Source: Synechococcus sp.
Lineage (GTDB): Bacteria; Cyanobacteriota; Cyanobacteriia; PCC-6307; Cyanobiaceae
Direction: 5' to 3'
Length of the DNA: 64,000 nucleotides
NCBI GenBank assembly: GCA_047284725.1
Contig: JBJBEO010000001.1
Location: forward strand, 856,203 to 920,202
The notes beneath the pieces are model-generated. The model saw only the letters and a program-made list of their open reading frames with translations. It had not been told where the DNA came from and did not search any database. Position numbers and translations under genes: made by a program. Numbering within the stretch: the first letter of the stretch is position 1; every line of letters begins with the position of its first letter. Positions 40,329-50,925 of this stretch are shown here, one piece after another.

Positions 40329-42458
40329 TCAGGCCGGGAAGCCCCGTTTGTAACTGGGGATTGGATAGGGGATGCGGCGATGACGCATGCGCCGCCACAC
40401 CCTCACAAAGGCGCGAATCACGAGCTCCAGTTCAGCGCGACTGAGGCTGCTCAACTGCAGCTGTCCATCCCACTGCCGGGCCTCCACAATGCGACGCACT
40501 GTGCGTTTGGCATCGGCATCACTGGTGTCGGGGGGCAGGGACCGGAGGGCGGCTTCGCAGCCATCGGCCAGCATCAGGATCCCCGTTTCCCGTGACCGTG
40601 GGCGTGGTCCCTTGTAGCGGAAGCGGGCTTCAGGGATGGCGGGGTCGGCTTCCCGTGCCTTATGCAGGAAATAGCCCATCTTCAGTGTGCCCTGGTGCTC
40701 TGGAATGAAGTCGGCCAGGGGGCGGGGCAGGCGATGGCGGCGCGCCAGTTTCAGTCCTTCATCCACATGGGCCTGGAGAACCCCGGCACTGGCCAAGGGG
40801 TCGTTCAACCGATCGTGGGGGTTGACCGCATCACCCACCTGATTCTCGATAAACCATTCCGGCGCATGCAGCTTGCCCACATCGTGATAGAGGGAACCGG
40901 TTCGGATCAAGTCAATATCGGCGCCGATGGCCCTGGCCCCTTCCTCCGCCAGGCCACAGATCATCAAGGTGTGTTCGAAGGTGCCTGGCGCTTCTGAGGA
41001 CAGGCGGCGGAGCAGCGGGCGCTCTTGGTCGGCCAGTTCCATCAGCCGGGCCCTGGTGAGCAGGCCGAAGGAGCTTTCCAGGATGGGCAGCAACAGGATG
41101 GCCACCATCAACAGAATGCCCAGCAGCAAGGCTTCTGAAGCGAGCTCGCCGGCGTCAGGTGCTAATCGTGTCCAGGCGCTGACGCCGGCATTGATCTGGC
41201 TGCGCAGCAACAACCACTTCACCGCGAGGGCTGCCAAGGGCAGCACCACGGTCAGTTGGAGCAGCTGGGCACGACTGCGCACGCGGCCGGCTTGAAGGGC
41301 CGCTACCACGGCAATCGCCGCTGCGATCATCAGCCGACCTTCCCCCAGACCATTCACCGGTTGCGGCCACAGCAGGCTGGCAATGGCCAGCCAGGCCAGG
41401 CCACAGCTGGTGCCCAGCCCCTGGGCCAGCAGCAGCGTGGGGGGCACCAGCAGCGCAAGAGGACTCACCGCCGCGCCGAACCAGATCTTGCTGCCCTGCA
41501 CTAGCAACAGCAGCCCCAGGGCCAGCAGGCCGTGGGACTGCTCCAGGCAGGGACGCTCACGCCGCATGATCAGCAGCATCACGGCGCAACCCGCCAATGC
41601 TTCCGTGAAGCGAGCCAGCCAGATCTCCAGCCTGGGGCTGCGGCTCACAAACCCGAAGTAATCGAGCACGTCGTAGGCCTGGGGGCTGATCGGCTCTCCT
41701 TTGCTGGTGATCAGGCTGCCCTTGGTCACCTTGATGGGGGGAACGCCTTGCTGCGTAATCAAGGTTTCGATCTTGCGCTGGCTCAGCAGAGCGTCGGTGC
41801 GCAGATTGCTCGAGCCCTGAAAGGCCGTGGCGAGGAGCTTGCTGCCGATGGTGCGGGCGGGGGTGCTGGCGTCCCCGAGTTCCTCCAGTTGGAGCGACGC
41901 CGCATCGCGTAGTTCGCTCACCGCCAGGCTGTTGACCAGGCCTTGGCTCAGCATGCGTTTCGCCGCCTTGCGCACTGCTTGATGCCACTGTTCTGTGGTT
42001 TGCGGCGTCTGGTTGGTGAGCCAGAGCTGTTCCACAGGGGTGAGATTCACGGGCCCGACGCGATCAGCTTCGTCGCTGCGGGCCACCCGCTCCAGTTCGC
42101 TCAACTGACGTTCGAGACGCTCACGCAGGCGTTGGCTTTCCTGTTGGTCAATGACCTGGACAAAGGTGTGAGGGACCAGGCTGGAGCGGCGTTGCTCCAG
42201 GGCCTCGCTGTCGGGAACCAGGGCGTCTTTGGGGGCGACTTCATCAAAGGGAGCGGGCATGCCTGGGCGCAGATTCGGCTCCACCAGCCATGGCCAGCTC
42301 GACACCATGGCCACCAGCAGACAAACCAGAAGAAGACCGGCTTTTTGCGATCGCTTCCACCGCAGCACGGGCCGTCGGGGGGATTCATTGCGCAACCAGC
42401 TTTGCCAGAGCCGATGCAGGCGATGAAGGCGTGCCACAGCAGGGTGCGTTGAATTCAA
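40329..42458 (-). CDS. 7TM-HD (HDIG) membrane phosphohydrolase, PgpH-like
   Basis: Extracellular domain, multiple TM helices, APGTFEH, YHDVGK, EHQGT, MLADGCEAA. Confidence 0.9.
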   Translation of the reverse strand: MNSTHPAVARLHRLHRLWQSWLRNESPRRPVLRWKRSQKAGLLLVCLLVAMVSSWPWLVEPNLRPGMPAPFDEVAPKDALVPDSEALEQRRSSLVPHTFVQVIDQQESQRLRERLERQLSELERVARSDEADRVGPVNLTPVEQLWLTNQTPQTTEQWHQAVRKAAKRMLSQGLVNSLAVSELRDAASLQLEELGDASTPARTIGSKLLATAFQGSSNLRTDALLSQRKIETLITQQGVPPIKVTKGSLITSKGEPISPQAYDVLDYFGFVSRSPRLEIWLARFTEALAGCAVMLLIMRRERPCLEQSHGLLALGLLLLVQGSKIWFGAAVSPLALLVPPTLLLAQGLGTSCGLAWLAIASLLWPQPVNGLGEGRLMIAAAIAVVAALQAGRVRSRAQLLQLTVVLPLAALAVKWLLLRSQINAGVSAWTRLAPDAGELASEALLLGILLMVAILLLPILESSFGLLTRARLMELADQERPLLRRLSSEAPGTFEHTLMICGLAEEGARAIGADIDLIRTGSLYHDVGKLHAPEWFIENQVGDAVNPHDRLNDPLASAGVLQAHVDEGLKLARRHRLPRPLADFIPEHQGTLKMGYFLHKAREADPAIPEARFRYKGPRPRSRETGILMLADGCEAALRSLPPDTSDADAKRTVRRIVEARQWDGQLQLSSLSRAELELVIRAFVRVWRRMRHRRIPYPIPSYKRGFPA

Positions 42459-42507
42459 ACGCTAGCTCCAACGAGCGGGCATGCTGGAAGCAGTGATGAC
42501 CTCGCCC

Positions 42508-43416
42508 ATGGCCCTGAGGTTGGATGGCAAACAACTCGCCTCAGAGTTGGAAATCCGTCTTCGGCGGGAGATCGAGGTCGCAACCGTGCACGCGGGGCGA
42601 CCTCCAGGGCTGGCGGTGCTTCGGGTGGGTGATGACCCCGCCAGCGGGGTCTACGTGGCCAACAAAGAAAAAGCCTGCGCGCGCATCGGCGTGGCGAGCT
42701 ACGGCTCCCACCTGCCTGGCTCCAGTTCCCAGCACGACGTGCTGGCCGCCATCGCTTCCCTCAACACTGATGAGCGCGTTGACGGCATTCTGCTGCAGCT
42801 TCCCTTGCCTTCAGGCCTTGACGAGGGGCCTCTGCTGGCGGCGATTGACCCCGACAAAGACGCCGATGGCTTGCACACCCTCAACCTTGGTCGCCTCCTC
42901 AAAGGTGAACCGGGGCCGCGCAGCTGCACCCCGGCCGGAGTGATGGCGCTTCTGGCCCGTCAGCAGGTGCCGCTTGAGGGAAAACGGGCTGTCGTGGTTG
43001 GCCGCAGCATTCTGGTGGGACAGCCGATGGCCCTGATGTTGCAGGCGGCCAATGCCACGGTGACGGTGGCCCATTCCCGTACCACCAATTTGGCGGAGAT
43101 CACCCGGCAAGCGGATGTGCTGGTGGTGGCGGCCGGTCGGCCACGGATGATCGGTGCCGACCACGTGCGTCCCGGTGCCGTTGTGGTGGATGTGGGCATT
43201 CACCGGTTACCTCCACCCGCCGATGCTCCTGAAGGCACCAGAGCGAAGCTCTGCGGCGATGTGCGCGCTGAGGAGCTCGAGTCGATCGCCTCGGCTCTTT
43301 CGCCAGTGCCCGGCGGCGTTGGCCCGATGACCGTGACGATGCTGCTGGTCAATACCGTGGTGGCCTGGGCGAAGCGCCATGGCATCAGCCATGGTCTCGG
43401 GGATCTGGTGGTTTGA
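42508..43416 (+). CDS. folD: methylenetetrahydrofolate dehydrogenase/cyclohydrolase
   Basis: [41 protein letters not shown]. Confidence 0.97.
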   Translation: MALRLDGKQLASELEIRLRREIEVATVHAGRPPGLAVLRVGDDPASGVYVANKEKACARIGVASYGSHLPGSSSQHDVLAAIASLNTDERVDGILLQLPLPSGLDEGPLLAAIDPDKDADGLHTLNLGRLLKGEPGPRSCTPAGVMALLARQQVPLEGKRAVVVGRSILVGQPMALMLQAANATVTVAHSRTTNLAEITRQADVLVVAAGRPRMIGADHVRPGAVVVDVGIHRLPPPADAPEGTRAKLCGDVRAEELESIASALSPVPGGVGPMTVTMLLVNTVVAWAKRHGISHGLGDLVV

Positions 43417-43474
43417 GTTGGCGCCAACGCAACTCGTTCTGTGTCCAGCCCCCCACGCTTGTCCCTTGGCCTGA

Positions 43475-44969
<1,495 letters not shown>

Positions 44970-44973
<4 letters not shown>

Positions 44974-46469
44974 CCGATCCAAACGATCACGGAACCAGCA
45001 GCATCAATGCTGCCGACCTCACGGCAGATCAGCGGGAGGCAGCTGCTGCCTTCAGCCAATGGCTGGCCAGTGCCGAGCATGGTGTTCCCTTTGTGCTCAG
45101 CGGTTTTGCCGGCAGCGGTAAGACGTTTCTGTCGATGCGACTGCTACGCATGGTGGAGGCCACCGGCCTCTGCTGGACGGTGGTGGCTCCTACCCACAAG
45201 GCGGTGGGGGTGCTGCGTCAGGCGCTGGCCTTGGAGGGTCTGCAGCCCACCTGGTACCCCTCCACCATCCACCGGCTCCTTCGTCTCAAGCTCAAGCGCC
45301 AGGGTGATCGCGAAGTGTGCGAGCCCACCGAACAGACCGCCATGGCCCTTGAACATCTCGGGCTGGTGCTGATCGATGAGGCGTCCATGGTCGACAGCAG
45401 CTTGCTGTCGATCGCCCTGCAATGTGCCCATCCCTTCCGGACGCGGCTGGTGTTTGTGGGGGATCCGGCCCAGTTGCCGCCTGTCGGGGAAGCCGATAGC
45501 CCCGTGTTTTCCATGGATCGGGTCAGTGCTTCCTGCCTCACGGAGGTGGTGCGCCATCAGGGTCCGGTGCTGCAGCTTGCCAGCTGTCTGCGGGATGGAC
45601 GCTTGGCCTGTGAACGTCCGCCCCTGTTGCCAGCCGTCTCCACCGCGATGGGCAGCGTCGCCAGCCTTGACCGTGCCGCTTGGCTGGTGCGGGCCAAGGA
45701 GGCGTTGAAGCAGGCCTCTGTGAGCGATAACCCTGATGCCGCTCGGATTCTCTGCTGGACCAACCGCAGCCTTGAGGAGCTCGTGCCCCATGCCCGCCGG
45801 GCCATCCATGGCGTGATGGCGGATCAAATGCCGGTCCTGCCGGGGGAGGTGTTGATCACCCGCACGGCGGTGATGGCTCCGGCCTCCCGGGATGGCGGTG
45901 AAACCGGGGAGGAACCCGATCTGGTGCTGGGCTCCAACCGTGAGCTCGTGGTGGAGGATGTGAGCCCGGAACGTTGTGATCTGGCGGATTTCGGCCTCAG
46001 TGATGCGGAACTCCATGGCGGTCAACTGACCCTCGACGGCCTTGGGTCTCCGGTGATTGACACCCTCAATGCCCGTGTGCGTTGCGGAGACTTGGAACTA
46101 ACCTTGCGGATGCTTCCAGCCGTTGGCAGCGAGGCACGCCAGCAGTTGGATCGGGTGATGCAGCGGCTGCGCACCCAGGCCCGGGACGCCGGCAAGCGCA
46201 ACGGCCGTTCGCTTTGGCGGCGATTCTTTCTGCTGCGTGATGCTTTTGCCTCGCTCGGTCCAGCCGCAGTCCTTACCGTGCATCGCAGTCAGGGCAGCAG
46301 TTTCGGTGAGGTCTTTGTCGCTGATGACGTGTTCTGGCCCCAAGACCGGGCCTTGCGCCGACAACTCGTGTACGTGGCGGTGAGCCGGGCTCGCCATGGG
46401 GTTTATCTGGTGGGACGCCCATCCAACGATCCAGAAACCTGGAAGCAGGCTCTTGCTGAGACCCCCTAG
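44970..46469 (+). CDS. RecD/Dda-like SF1B helicase
   Basis: GFAGSGKT, APTHKA, IDEASMV, GDPAQLPPV, TVHRSQGS, YVAVSRA. Confidence 0.92.
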
Positions 46470-46566
46470 TCCGTCCTCAGTTGTTCGTTTCGATTCACTG
46501 TTTTGGTCAAGGGCTCGCTTGTTGTCACGTTGACTGATTGATCAGGTCTGAAGTCGCAATCGACTT

Positions 46567-46596
46567 GCCTCCTCGCTTCCTACGAGGCGAAGAGGC
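46567..46596. terminator. GC-rich hairpin between convergent genes at the island edge
   Basis: GCCTCCTCGCTTC-CTAC-GAGGCGAAGAGGC: 13-position stem with two imperfect pairs; no U-tract. Confidence 0.4.
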
Positions 46597-46651
46597 GGTC
46601 AGAGTGAAGAACGAGCCTGACGACTGAGGTGAAGAGCGTTTCTGATTCAAC

Positions 46652-47480
46652 CTACGAACGGTTGCGGTACCAATTGAAAAGCCAGTCGCTCAAACGTTTG
46701 CGTTGACCGGAGGGCAAAGATTCATTGGAGATGGCTCTTTGCTCTGGATCCTGTTCGTTGACAACTGTTGAGGGAGTGAAGGAGTTGTCGAAAAGGAGGG
46801 CTGTGTCAGGCTCGTCGTTGTTCTGTTGCTCAAAACTCAGTCCAGTTTCGAGTGTCTCATTGTGCATGGCGACCAGGTAATCATCATGGGTGTAATCGCT
46901 TTCGTCGTGATGATCAGAATCGATTTGAATTCTTGTGCCTGGGGATAATGTTTCGCTCATAACACTTGATTCATGATCGGACGTGTCATGGTCCAACCCA
47001 AGTGCATGTCCGATTTCGTGCATGAAGACAGACAGAAGATCAATTTGTTGTGCTGCTTCGCTGCCGCCGAGAGCGAGTCGTGTGCCATCTGGCTGAACCT
47101 GGTATTCACTGGAATCCAAGGGAGTGGAATCGATAAACCAGCCATGTCCTGATGCATCACGATCCATGGGGATTCGGGAGTAGGAGTAACTCGCCAAAGC
47201 CATCCCATCCCATCTAAATCGTCAACTCTGATGTCCATTGATTGGAGATCGTTGAGTTGTTGAGTGGTCATTGAATGGGATGTGGACCAGTGACGCACTG
47301 CAGCGTCGTAAACCGCTCGAATCAGATCAGGCTCTATTTCGGAGAGATCATGAACAAGGGGGGTGGTGAGGTGATGCCCCTTGTTGCCGTGCTGCCGTCA
47401 CCGTCAACCAAAGCTGAGAGTTGGCTGAATAGAAATCCTTTGTCATTGGTTCTGACTTCAAGTCGTCAAGCTTGCTACGG
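46652..47480 (-). pseudogene. frameshifted remnant of a giant-protein C-terminus (paralog of the 52804-64000 gene end)
   Basis: Pieces in different frames (DD/EVRTND; DLSEIEPDLIRAVYDAAVRHW...MDIRVDDLDG; DASGHGWFIDSTP...DLLSVFMHEIGHALGLDH) are collinear with the giant's FDNFRIRTN; GLYEVDRKLLYSTFSTAIDLW...VDLRVDDLEG; DAAGHGWFIDATP...DLLTVQLHEIGHLIGISH. Confidence 0.85.
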
Positions 47481-47550
47481 TTCCAGGCATAGAAAGAGTG
47501 CCAAATCTGTAAAACTCGTAAAAGGGGCATGCCAGTCTGGTCAACAAAGT

Positions 47551-47556
47551 TACAAT
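47551..47556 (+). promoter_or_regulatory. possible -10 element (TACAAT) for the island operon
   Basis: TACAAT about 40 nt upstream of the first ATG (47596) in an AT-rich intergenic stretch. Confidence 0.3.
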
Positions 47557-47595
47557 TGAACGGTAAAGTGTCGTTTTTGGCCTGCGAATGAAGCA

Positions 47596-48753
47596 ATGCT
47601 TGCGCAAGAGTTTTATTTTGCGACGCACTTCTCATCTCGTTACGGTTTGCAAGATCATCCTCAGCTACGAAACTCATCCTTGATGACATCACTGCCGAGT
47701 CGCAACATAGATCTCTTTTCAGCACGCGAGACGTTTTCCGATTATTTAGTTGTTGATAGGTTTTTGCGTGACTTGGTGGGCATGCGTGGCCTGAAAACGG
47801 CCTTCGACCGACAAGTTGTCGATGCACTCGTCGATGGGCCGAAATCCATGACTGAGTTGACCAATCGCTTGGGTGCTGATCAAGCAGGAGCCCAACTCCT
47901 CTTAGGCATCCTTGCCGTAAGCGACGTGGTTGAACGAATCGGCGATAAGTTCATGTTGACGTCTAGCTTCAGGCAGGCACTCCAGTTTCGCGATCTTCTG
48001 GAAGCGAAGTTGGACTTCGCCGGTTTTGTCCTTCTTGACTTCATCGATAAGTTTGACTATTTGGTGAATGATTCTTCAAGGTTCCAGGGTGAGGCTCAAC
48101 TCTTTAGATTATTTGATTACCAGAAGGCAAAGAATCCCACAGTTCAGAGCTACGCCTGGACAAAGGTTTGGATAAGGCTCACGACTTCATTGACTCGCTA
48201 CGAAGCTAAAGCTGCACTCAATATCTATGATTTTGGTAAGCACAAAAATCTGCTTGATATCGGCGGCAATAGCGGTGAGTTTGTACTTCGTATCTGCAAG
48301 GCACACGATGATATGCGTGCCACCGTGATGGATCTTCCAGTCGTCTGCGAGTTCGGTCATGATCACATCCTGGTCGAGCCAGAGCGGGAAAGAATCGGAT
48401 TTTTGGCTGGTAGTGCTCTGATCGACCCGATTCCTCAGGGTTATGACCTTATCTGTTTCAAATCCATGTTGCACGATTGGCCTGATGGAGATGTTTGCCT
48501 GTTTTTGCAGCGCGCCGCTGAGGCCTTGGATCCTGGAGGGACGCTTTTGATCTACGAACGAGCCCCTCTCGAATTCACCAAACGTTCATTGTCAATAGGG
48601 CAACTTCCCGTCTTACTTTTTTCACGCTGGTATCGCACAGAGCAATTGTACTGTGTACAACTTGAAAACCTTGGTTTTAAAGACATCAAAGTGCACTATT
48701 TGCAGCTCGACAGCCCCTTCTTCATCGTGGCAGCACAAAAACCAGAGATTTGA
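47596..48753 (+). CDS. SAM-dependent methyltransferase, Methyltransf_2 (CrtF/BchU/COMT-like) family
   Basis: N-terminal wHTH-like dimerisation region, LLDIGGNSGEF, DLPVV, FKSMLHDWPD, LDPGGTLLIYE. Alternative start ATG at 47683. Confidence 0.9.
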   Translation: MLAQEFYFATHFSSRYGLQDHPQLRNSSLMTSLPSRNIDLFSARETFSDYLVVDRFLRDLVGMRGLKTAFDRQVVDALVDGPKSMTELTNRLGADQAGAQLLLGILAVSDVVERIGDKFMLTSSFRQALQFRDLLEAKLDFAGFVLLDFIDKFDYLVNDSSRFQGEAQLFRLFDYQKAKNPTVQSYAWTKVWIRLTTSLTRYEAKAALNIYDFGKHKNLLDIGGNSGEFVLRICKAHDDMRATVMDLPVVCEFGHDHILVEPERERIGFLAGSALIDPIPQGYDLICFKSMLHDWPDGDVCLFLQRAAEALDPGGTLLIYERAPLEFTKRSLSIGQLPVLLFSRWYRTEQLYCVQLENLGFKDIKVHYLQLDSPFFIVAAQKPEI

Positions 48754-48756
48754 ATC

Positions 48757-49737
48757 ATGCATTCTTTCATAGGTCCTGAATCCTCAGTTGGTCCGAGATT
48801 TAATCCAACACGTCTGAAACATTTATTTCACTACGACGATTATGTTGAAGTGACTATGCACTTCAAGTGCAATCTGAAGTGCGTTCATTGCATGATAGAA
48901 AATACTATGGATTGGCTAGAGCCTGAAGGCCTGACTCGTCTCGAAGAAGTATGTGCCTATAACGACCAATATCGACGCTGGAGGGGAATTATCTTTACTG
49001 GTTCAGAAGTCACTCTTAATGCAGACTTGCCAAAGTGGGTAAATATGGCACGTCATCATGGTTTCGAGCGAGTGCGGATCCAGACCAACGGTATTCGATT
49101 GTCTGACTACGCATATTGCCGAGAGTTAATTGATGGCGGTGTCAATGAATTCTTCATAAGTGTCACAGCGGCCGATGCCGAAACCCATGATTCGATTACG
49201 AAAGTCAAGGGGTCGTTTGAAAAGACAATTCGTGGTTTGCATAATCTCGATTCATTCAATGATGTTGTCTCGATCACAAATACTGTCGTTACCACTCTCT
49301 CCTTCACACACTTGCCAATACTTGTGCGAGAACTTGGACACCTGAAGAACCTGGCTCGTATGGACTTCTGGAATTTCTGGCCGATGAATGAAAATGACGA
49401 CAAGGATCTGATTGCTTCTCATCTGGATGTCTTGCCATGCCTTCGAGACGCCATCGCAGAGGCACACAAGCTCGGTCGAGCCGTCGAAGTTAAGAACTTT
49501 CCCGAATGTTTGCTTGCTGATGATGGTCAATCATTAGATAATGGACAGCCAAAGCTTGTGATTGATCCAGCCTTCTGGCCTGAGTTTATGCGTAATGGAT
49601 TCAATCAGTGTGTCTTTCGTGACCAGTGTGGTTCTGTTAAATGTCTAGGTTTGAATACCGCTTATGTGAAGAAGTACGGATGGCACGAAGATGTTTTGGT
49701 GCCATTGCCTGTTCTGGAGTCCTTCGACAATGCATGA
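48757..49737 (+). CDS. radical SAM enzyme with Cys-containing C-terminal extension
   Basis: CNLKCVHC (CX3CX2C), FTGSEVT, IQTNG, FPECL, C-x5-C-x4-C-LG...YG. Confidence 0.92.
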   Translation: MHSFIGPESSVGPRFNPTRLKHLFHYDDYVEVTMHFKCNLKCVHCMIENTMDWLEPEGLTRLEEVCAYNDQYRRWRGIIFTGSEVTLNADLPKWVNMARHHGFERVRIQTNGIRLSDYAYCRELIDGGVNEFFISVTAADAETHDSITKVKGSFEKTIRGLHNLDSFNDVVSITNTVVTTLSFTHLPILVRELGHLKNLARMDFWNFWPMNENDDKDLIASHLDVLPCLRDAIAEAHKLGRAVEVKNFPECLLADDGQSLDNGQPKLVIDPAFWPEFMRNGFNQCVFRDQCGSVKCLGLNTAYVKKYGWHEDVLVPLPVLESFDNA

Positions 49738-50923
49738 ATCCTCTTCGATAAATGCTGATGCCGTTCGGATCTTTATTGAAGCAGACGGCATTGTGCTTGA
49801 GCTCGGGCACAAAGTAACCCCAGATGGAAGTGAATCTGATGTGATTAAAGGCCTATCTCGTATAAAGCTCACTCCACAGACCTTTCGTCGTTTTGGACTG
49901 GCATTGCATGATGCAATAAGTCTGTTGCCCAAAGAGTCTGTTCTTCGTTCTGGATCGATTCCGACTCCAACGCCACAACGCTCTTCCGCTGCAAAAGCCT
50001 CGCTGGAAGAGTTGCTTGATCCCACCATCAACCTTTCCTCATCCTCAGCGCCGACACCGATTTCAAGCCAGGATGCACAGCGGGTGTTCAAGCTGATTGC
50101 CAGTCTCGGTGCACCTTATGTCCATGAGCGCTCTTTTCGGTTCCGTGAAGGAGAGTTATTGCCCAATCGATTCCTGCTGACTGTTGGACGCTCAGGCAAC
50201 GGCAGCACTTCCGATGATGCTTTGATGGACCTATTCACTAACCTTTCCCTTCCTGCACCATTCCTCGAAGCTGCCCGCCAGCACATTTCGGCGGCCCGCT
50301 GTATACATGTTGGCTTTGAGGGAGACGGCGACAGTCCGCTGCTGAAGGTCTATTTGGAGATTGGAGGTCCTGACCAAATTAATCAGTCAACGCCTGATGC
50401 CGCAGTCCTTGAGCACATTGCGTACAAGTGGGACGTAAGAAACAGGGAACGACGAACCGTTGCTCGTTACTGGTGGTATCCATACCTAAATGCCAGTGAA
50501 TTGAAGAAACGAGTTGTTGAATTGTATGCAGATCATGATTTAGAGGCTCAGGATATTGCCCTTGGTGCCATTGAAATGGCAGCGCAAAAGATGCCTGAAC
50601 GTGACATTCACTACCTTGAGGTCGAAGAAGAGGGCAACCCAAGGCGTTCTTACTCGATCAATTTTTATGATGCGGGACTTCAGGTCCGGGATTTGCATAC
50701 ATTGCTGGCACGCATGAGAAACTATTTTGATGTATCGCCAGGGAAGTTTCAGATGCTCTATGACCAGATTAAGACAAGGCGTTTGGGACACATCGCTGGA
50801 GGAATTCACCGCAATGGAAAAGGCTTTTTTAATGTCTACTATGGTCCTCAGTTCATGGATTACGATTGTCAGGGCCATTGGCGCAGTGCTGTGTTTAGGG
50901 GCAAAGACAACTGCGATTTCTGA
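49730..50923 (+). CDS. DUF3467-like domain fused to a predicted ABBA-fold (LynF/PagF-like) prenyltransferase-like domain
   Basis: ATG at 49730 overlaps the radical SAM stop. The N-terminal domain aligns without gaps to the 52488-52781 protein. A Pro/Ser/Thr linker is followed by ERSFRFREGELLPNRFLL and five predicted beta-hairpins. The ORF is solid; the function is inferred. Confidence 0.65.
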   Translation: MHESSSINADAVRIFIEADGIVLELGHKVTPDGSESDVIKGLSRIKLTPQTFRRFGLALHDAISLLPKESVLRSGSIPTPTPQRSSAAKASLEELLDPTINLSSSSAPTPISSQDAQRVFKLIASLGAPYVHERSFRFREGELLPNRFLLTVGRSGNGSTSDDALMDLFTNLSLPAPFLEAARQHISAARCIHVGFEGDGDSPLLKVYLEIGGPDQINQSTPDAAVLEHIAYKWDVRNRERRTVARYWWYPYLNASELKKRVVELYADHDLEAQDIALGAIEMAAQKMPERDIHYLEVEEEGNPRRSYSINFYDAGLQVRDLHTLLARMRNYFDVSPGKFQMLYDQIKTRRLGHIAGGIHRNGKGFFNVYYGPQFMDYDCQGHWRSAVFRGKDNCDF

Positions 50924-50925
50924 CT

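Noticed and set aside
46470..46650. att site, tRNA or IS end at the island boundary
   Set aside because: No tRNA cloverleaf, terminal inverted repeat, transposase or integrase seen; only one hairpin.
47348..47827. 159-aa minus-strand ORF
   Set aside because: It overlaps the methyltransferase antisense; only a few codons near 47470 belong to the giant-protein remnant.
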